The notes under the pieces: generated by a model
What the model was told of the DNA's origin: nothing
What the model saw: the letters and a program-made list of their open reading frames with translations, nothing else
Database searches by the model: none
Shown: positions 58,205 through 64,000 of the stretch, piece after piece
Layout: each line of letters starts with the position of its first letter
Position numbering within the stretch: the stretch's first letter is position 1
From: Haliotis cracherodii
Lineage: Eukaryota
Length of the DNA: 64,000 nucleotides
Assembly (NCBI RefSeq): GCF_022045235.1
Contig: NW_027266264.1
Coordinates: 52,390,001 to 52,454,000 of the forward strand
Direction of reading: 5' to 3'
Made by a program: the position numbers and the translations under genes

Positions 58205-60251
58205 AGGGGCACTGATCTAACGCAATTCCCCAGACTGGTTGTTGCCCCGTGAGTACCCGGATGATACGCAACGCAACTGAGCGTGACCAGAGACTGGGCT
58301 ACCGTCTGCAAGGACAGCTAAATAGACTTGGAGGCTTGAGGCTATATTAATCTTTTTTTACGCATTTTTGAACACTGATTGGTTAACTGTGATCTATAAA
58401 GATTTCGACAAAGGGCGCATGTTAATTAATTTCTTCAGCCTCAACAAACAGACAAAAAGAACAACGGAGCTCAACGGATGTCGTCATTTGGAAATACCCC
58501 AGATGGTTATAGTTTAATAATAATAAAAAGTATCCATGCAGTGAATTGCGGATTGCGTCGATAATACGATTACTACTCACTTGTTGTCATCCACGTTTTC
58601 TGGTATAACCTTACACTTGTGTATTTGCGGTCATTCACTTGATGCTCAGTTAATGAATTTATTACAGGTACAGTTAGTGGTAGCACCACTTAGATTACCT
58701 GACAAAGGTTCACATTTGGCATTTATTGTGTCTGGGGTAATTATTCAATCCAAATCCAGGTTTGAAGTGAGGTGAAATATGTGTTATGTAATATGCACGT
58801 GGCAGCCCAGCAAGAGGTAAATGATCAGTTGATTTACTTTTTTTGAAAATCAACGGATCCTTCCTAGTCATCAAAGGATTAACAGAAAATATGTTGATTG
58901 ATTAATCACTGTTATCTTGCACGGTGGATATGTCAAAAGTGAGTGTTTACATGTCTAGGTTTACTAAAACAACCTACACTCATATCATGGCGTGAAGTGC
59001 CGATGTAAAAACAACATACTTTGTTCAAAGGGTTAACTGATAATACGTTGATTGATTGCTCATTGATATCTATCACTCAATGTATTTTTTAGGAACCGTG
59101 GACGTTATGAAAATAATTGTCACGTGGGCTTTCTCAGCCGACCCTTGAGACTTGACACCTATGTGAAACACGTGAAACAATCTAAGTGATCAGTTGAGAA
59201 ACGAACACGGGTTATTTATATCCCGAAATGATATGTATCTTTTAAAATATTTGATTGTTACAGAGACACGTGACATCGAATAAGTTTCTTTGTACAGCTG
59301 CAGACGAGTGGGATATTGTTCCTTTGTGTGGATATTCACGGATACATTCCTCGAACAAGGAACCTGCCTGAAATTTATACACATAAATTTGGTAGGTTGT
59401 AATTATGGTATTTGCATTTTGTTTTCCTTCATTTGCTGTAGCATTGAACGGATTCGTTCTTGTTCCTCTACGTTCCTCTATGCGCGATAGACATTGTTTC
59501 CACAAGACTTTTCCTTTGTAAGCGTGTATATATTACCATCAATTTGTAAAATGTGATTCTCTCAGGCAATTTATAAAATCTGTAAATATATCAGTCATCT
59601 TGACTGAAAAATCTGTCCAGATTGACTAAAATTGATTAAGAGGATCAAAAGGGCCTAAAAACATCACAACAGATTATTATGTAGGATTAGAAGCCAAACA
59701 ACATAGAAATGTACTTTTCAACGTAACATTTTCAGTCTCTTGGTGATGACATTAAACATCAAAATGTTTGGAATTCGTTATCATAATAATACAGATGGAA
59801 ATGTTTTTCAGTCACTTTGTAAAATAACTGAATATTTAGGCGTTTAATAAATTTGAAAATGTTACACATTTTTGCAGTAAAAAAATATACACTATAAAAA
59901 AAAGCAATGCTCAGGTGAAATATTTACTTTGTGTTGAAAGTCAAAATAGTGTAAACGAAAATTGCAAAATTACCAAGCAAGTGACTTATCAAAACTTCGT
60001 CACCATTACCGATGCTACCAACAAAGATACCTACATTTCCTTATTATCTTGAAAACTGTATTTCATTTTGTTTATCAATGTGACCATACGCCTTTATTAC
60101 TACCGATAAAAGTGACTAATGCGCTTACGAATGGCGCAGCAGAGGTCGCGAACTAGTCTAGATTTCTGCTATACATCTGGGTACTCACTGGGAAAAAACA
60201 ATAACAAAGGCAACAACCAGTCCCGGGGAATTGCTTTAGATCAGTGCCCCT
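58205..60251. mobile_element. ~2.05-kb non-autonomous DNA transposon, Kolobok-like
   Basis: TTAA TSD (58201-58204/60252-60255); TIR AGGGGCACTGATCTAA.GCAATTCCCC.GACTGGTTGTTGCC; no transposase ORF. Confidence 0.88.
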
Positions 60252-60544
60252 TTAATGGTGGAGGAAAGCAGACTGGTATTATAAAATATTTTGCATAAAA
60301 ACATAACATAATAGTTGTGTGATCATATCACACAACAGTTTACCCATCAGTGATAATCAGGTTTTAGATCAGTTCATTTTCTAGGACACTGACAGATTGT
60401 CAGCCAAAATATCCTCATTTGAAAAAGAAAAATAATGATATAGAAGATTGTCTTAAAGATTTGATAAAATCATAAAAATGTTCTTATGCCATTTGTCTCC
60501 AGCAAAGTCTCTGGGTATTGTTATAATATTATAGTGATCTGATA

Positions 60545-60622
60545 TTATGATTGTTTGTTTGGTGTAGCCCATGCACACTCCTTGTTAGCTTTCCAGTCTG
60601 AACTGTGGTCATCATAGATTTC
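60545..60622 (-). CDS. MOCS2: Molybdopterin synthase catalytic (large) subunit, terminal exon
   Basis: Acceptor TTTCAG|; EIYDDHSSDWKANKECAW...* continues PIWKK in phase. Confidence 0.9.
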   Translation of the reverse strand, partial: EIYDDHSSDWKANKECAWATPNKQS

Positions 60623-60712
60623 CTGAAACGAGAAAATTGGGTAGGTCACTAGTTACCATGAACAAACTAAGTTCTTACAAAGGAATTCGGATAACACTGG
60701 CAGACCATGACA

Positions 60713-60960
60713 TTGGAGTGAGTGATGGAGTAAGTTGGGTTTAATGTCACTTTCAACAGTATTTCAGTTATATCACAGATGTTGGAGGAAATTCTAAAGT
60801 GATACAGGTCTTGGATGTTTACCACTTTGGTGAAACCCACAAGCAGGGGTACATTGCTGATATTGCTGATACGAAAACACACGATAGTAGGTTTCTGGCA
60901 CGCCTAAGGGGTGCAACTCTACAGAACAAATTGTGGTGACTGAGACAACTGAACCATGTC
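60713..60960 (-). mobile_element. Decayed family-A SINE
   Basis: Similar to 15653-15933 and 40748-41008. Confidence 0.7.
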
Positions 60961-61608
60961 CCCTTGACATAAGTGACATATGCAAGATTTCAGATGGTGA
61001 TTTAACATGTTTCCGAAGGTATAGAAGTTTGACTGGGCATTTGCCATTTATGCAGCAATAAATCGTGGGGAACATTTCTCATCCTCAAACACTCTCAAAT
61101 CAACACTAACAAGCTTCTGTTTGACAAGAGAAACTGGAAGTTTTAAACCAATAAAACAGAATTTTCTTGACTGCTGACTACTTAAACATGTTGAATCTGG
61201 CAATACCTGGTTATTATAATTAAACAAAACAAAGTGTCTACCCACAAGACATTCTTCCCAAAACTGGTCAAGGAGGTGAATGAGTTTACATTTTGAAATT
61301 TGAAAGAAACTACTATGCAAATGGATACTCATCCAAACACAGGCACAAAACTTAATACAGAAGAGTACTTGAAAAACGGAACCAGTCCCTTGACTGCCAT
61401 TTCGGGGTGGTGGGGCAGCCTAGCGGTTAAAGCAATTGGGCGATTCCCTATTGAGTAGCAAAACATCATTGCTATGCTATGATTTAGTATAGACGGAAAG
61501 GTTTGACCTGTACTGTCTCAAATTGCCAATGGCTGAAGTGGTCAATATTTTGACAGTTATTAATTGACATCTTAAAGTTGGTCTAAACTAGAATCCCAAG
61601 GGTGTATT

Positions 61609-61850
61609 TTGTTTGTTTGTTGTTTAACGCTGCACACAGCAATATTCCAGCAATATGACAGCAGTCTGTAAATAATCGAGTCTGGACCAGACAAACCAGT
61701 GATTGATGTCATGAGCATCGATCCACGCAATTTGGATACGATGACATGCATAACCAAGTCAGCGAGCCTGACCATCCAATCCCGTTAGTCGCCTCTTACG
61801 ACAAGCATAAATACCTTTTATGTCAAACATAGGTTGCTAAAGATCTTTTC
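61609..61850 (-). mobile_element. SINE family C with (AAAC)n tail; related copies at ~10640-10920, 26190-26420, 31315-31510, 36115-36340, 39035-39230, 41680-41920, 42610-42845, 45220-45405, 63210-63400
   Basis: Recurrent motifs TGCTTGTCGTAAGAGGCGACTAA and TGTCTGGTCCAGACTCGATTATTTACAGAC. Confidence 0.8.
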
Positions 61851-62730
61851 TAAGGGTTATATCAATTTGAACATATAAACCTCATGCTAAACGTTATGTC
61901 AATCAAGCAATCTGTCATCAGGAAAACAATCAGACAACCAATCAGAAGTTTAAAAAATGTATCTCCAACTGCAGATGTGCCAAAATATCTTACTACGCAT
62001 ATCTCCTGTGGGGCCTGTATTGGATAATATACAGGTAATATACAGGTACATGTGACACATCTTCTTGAAGGACACCATTGCAGTTAGGAGGGAGGAGGAA
62101 AGGACCAGAGAAGTAAGATAGGTAAGCTATAATATAAACCAACTTATTAAGAAATCATTATCTTGGGACTTATAAACAATACATTGGGATATTTTCTTAC
62201 AATGATGTTTACAACACACACAAAAGAAATATCCCCCGCCACCTCAACTCTGTAAATACTGTTCAACGTTTGATGGATTTACTTCTTATTCCGTGAAACA
62301 TGAAACTGATTACTTTTAAGAATCTGCAACTGAAGTTACTAGTCTGAACCCCAAGTCTTTTAGAACTGATTCTGACTTTTGAAGCTCAGCTAATAATAGT
62401 CCATATGTTACAATGAGCTTTTACTGAAAGTCTCTGAAGGGCAGGTTTGGGTTGGCTGATGAAATGTTTTTGATATACTTGAAATTAACATAAGTCTGCT
62501 GGTCCGAGGCTAGTTGAATTCAGGAATGTCCAGTGACATTTCCTTGTTGACTACCACTTTTACAATTAGGTACGTGGCAATTATGTAGGAGTTCATTTCC
62601 ATGAACAAGAGAAAATAGAAATTAATTTACAAACCCAGACATTAATGTATGTGAATTAGCTTTCACTATTTCAGTAACCCTATCAAACGTTGCACAGCAT
62701 ACAATAAACTATCAATCCATAATCCACATA

Positions 62731-62911
62731 CAGTAAACTACAGTTATAACAAACACGCTTATAACGAACTGATGGATATAACGAACTTACTTTTTGGTCC
62801 TGACTACTTGCTGTAGTCATGCTGTATATGTACTCGTACTTATAATGAACTGTGGTTATAACGAAATAAAATTAGAAGTCCCTTTGAGTTCGTTATAACC
62901 GTAGTTTACTG
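62731..62911. mobile_element. Tc1/mariner (pogo/Tigger-like) MITE
   Basis: TA|CAGTAAACTAC.GTTATAAC ... GTTATAACCGTAGTTTACTG|TA. Confidence 0.88.
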
Positions 62912-63026
62912 TATTGCAGAACGTGTTGGTCAACAAAATGAGAATAATGCATTCTTATATCAAGAAGAAACATTTGTTGAGTCGAGGAGCCAGAGATGAT
63001 GAGTGAGTGAGTGAATGAGTGCCTAC

Positions 63027-63150
63027 CTTCTTCCAGATGGGCACAGTGGCCTTGAGGGTATCAATGGCATAGGAGACGGCAGCCAGTGACTCCTTCCGAT
63101 GTGGGGAGGAGACCGCGATTATGATGCTGGACTCGGTCACAGGAACAACA
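63027..63150 (-). CDS. MOCS2: Molybdopterin synthase catalytic subunit (MoaE family), penultimate exon; rest of gene beyond the window
   Basis: [40 protein letters not shown]; AG/GT boundaries. Confidence 0.95.
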
Positions 63151-64000
63151 CTACAGAACACAGGAGAATGGTCAAGGGAGGGCAGAAAAATAAGTCTGGA
63201 CAGTCAGTCAATCTATCAGAAAGCTGCATTCAGCAGTATTCATGATCCTATATCATGGTGGCCTGTACATATCTAAATATGTGACAAACCAGTGGTTGAT
63301 ATTATGAGCATTTTCCAATGTCGCTGAGGTACGATGACACACAAGTCTGACCAACCAATGCCTCTCTTGGCCTCTGAGACCTATTCTTACCCGACTTCTC
63401 ATGAGTACGTCTTGACATTGCATGTTAAATAGTTATTGGCCTACTACTTATAGGAAATTGTACAAATTACATGGATCATTATAAAATACAGTCAGTGTTG
63501 CCTCTGGAATGAGTGAATGTTGTTTTCATATAACCAGATCACACAATGGAGACAGGAATGTAGGGTAGTGGGGCTCTCTTCTGCCCCACTTGAAACCCAT
63601 GAGGAAACAAGTGATGGTTAATGGGACCCGTTCAACTCTAAATCCCAAAGGGACACAAACATTGAATACTGGGGGCCAATCTGTTATGGTTCTTCTTTCG
63701 TAAACAAAAAGATGGGATACTGGGGATCTATTCTGCTCTAACTCCCTGTTGAGCATCAATTTTGGAGTACTTTCCTTCTGCCCTTAACAATCTAAGTTGC
63801 CTCCAAGAAAAAACGGGAACACCTTTTTCGGATTGTTCAAATATTAACTAGGCCCCAAAGCAGTTCAGTCTAATATAAACTATTTGCAATCAATCTAACC
63901 ATGAAATGACAATGCCTTTTAAATCTAACCAAGGCTGTACACTTTGCCTCAGAAAGACCATAGTTGAAACAGGATCATTAGCTAACACATCTAGTATGCT

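Overview
AT-rich, intron-containing animal genomic DNA. The SINE repertoire resembles that of molluscs, possibly a gastropod (inference only). The right half holds conserved genes whose exons I could phase from splice sites. SIRT6 (minus strand, 6 coding exons, ~639 aa with a long Q/P-rich tail) sits head-to-head with POLR3C/RPC62 (plus strand, 15 exons, ~536 aa, one U12-type minor intron). The last two exons of MOCS2 (minus) follow. The left 30 kb is an amplified, rearranged cluster of an unrecognised orphan gene in 4 copies (three minus, one plus; one 5'-truncated). It encodes a 277-278 aa Ser/Thr/Pro-rich protein ending in a bipartite NLS. Each full copy has an RFX X-box/ETS promoter, two putative non-coding 5' exons, one coding exon, a 31-bp minisatellite and a ~140-180 bp repeat block. 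The amplified unit captured the 3' end of SIRT6, which now lies behind a splice-acceptor-like sequence. The inversion breakpoint coincides with a piggyBac-type end. Also present: many tRNA-derived SINEs, MITEs (Mutator-, Kolobok-, Tc1/mariner- and Crypton-like), intronic minisatellites and one 293-N assembly gap.
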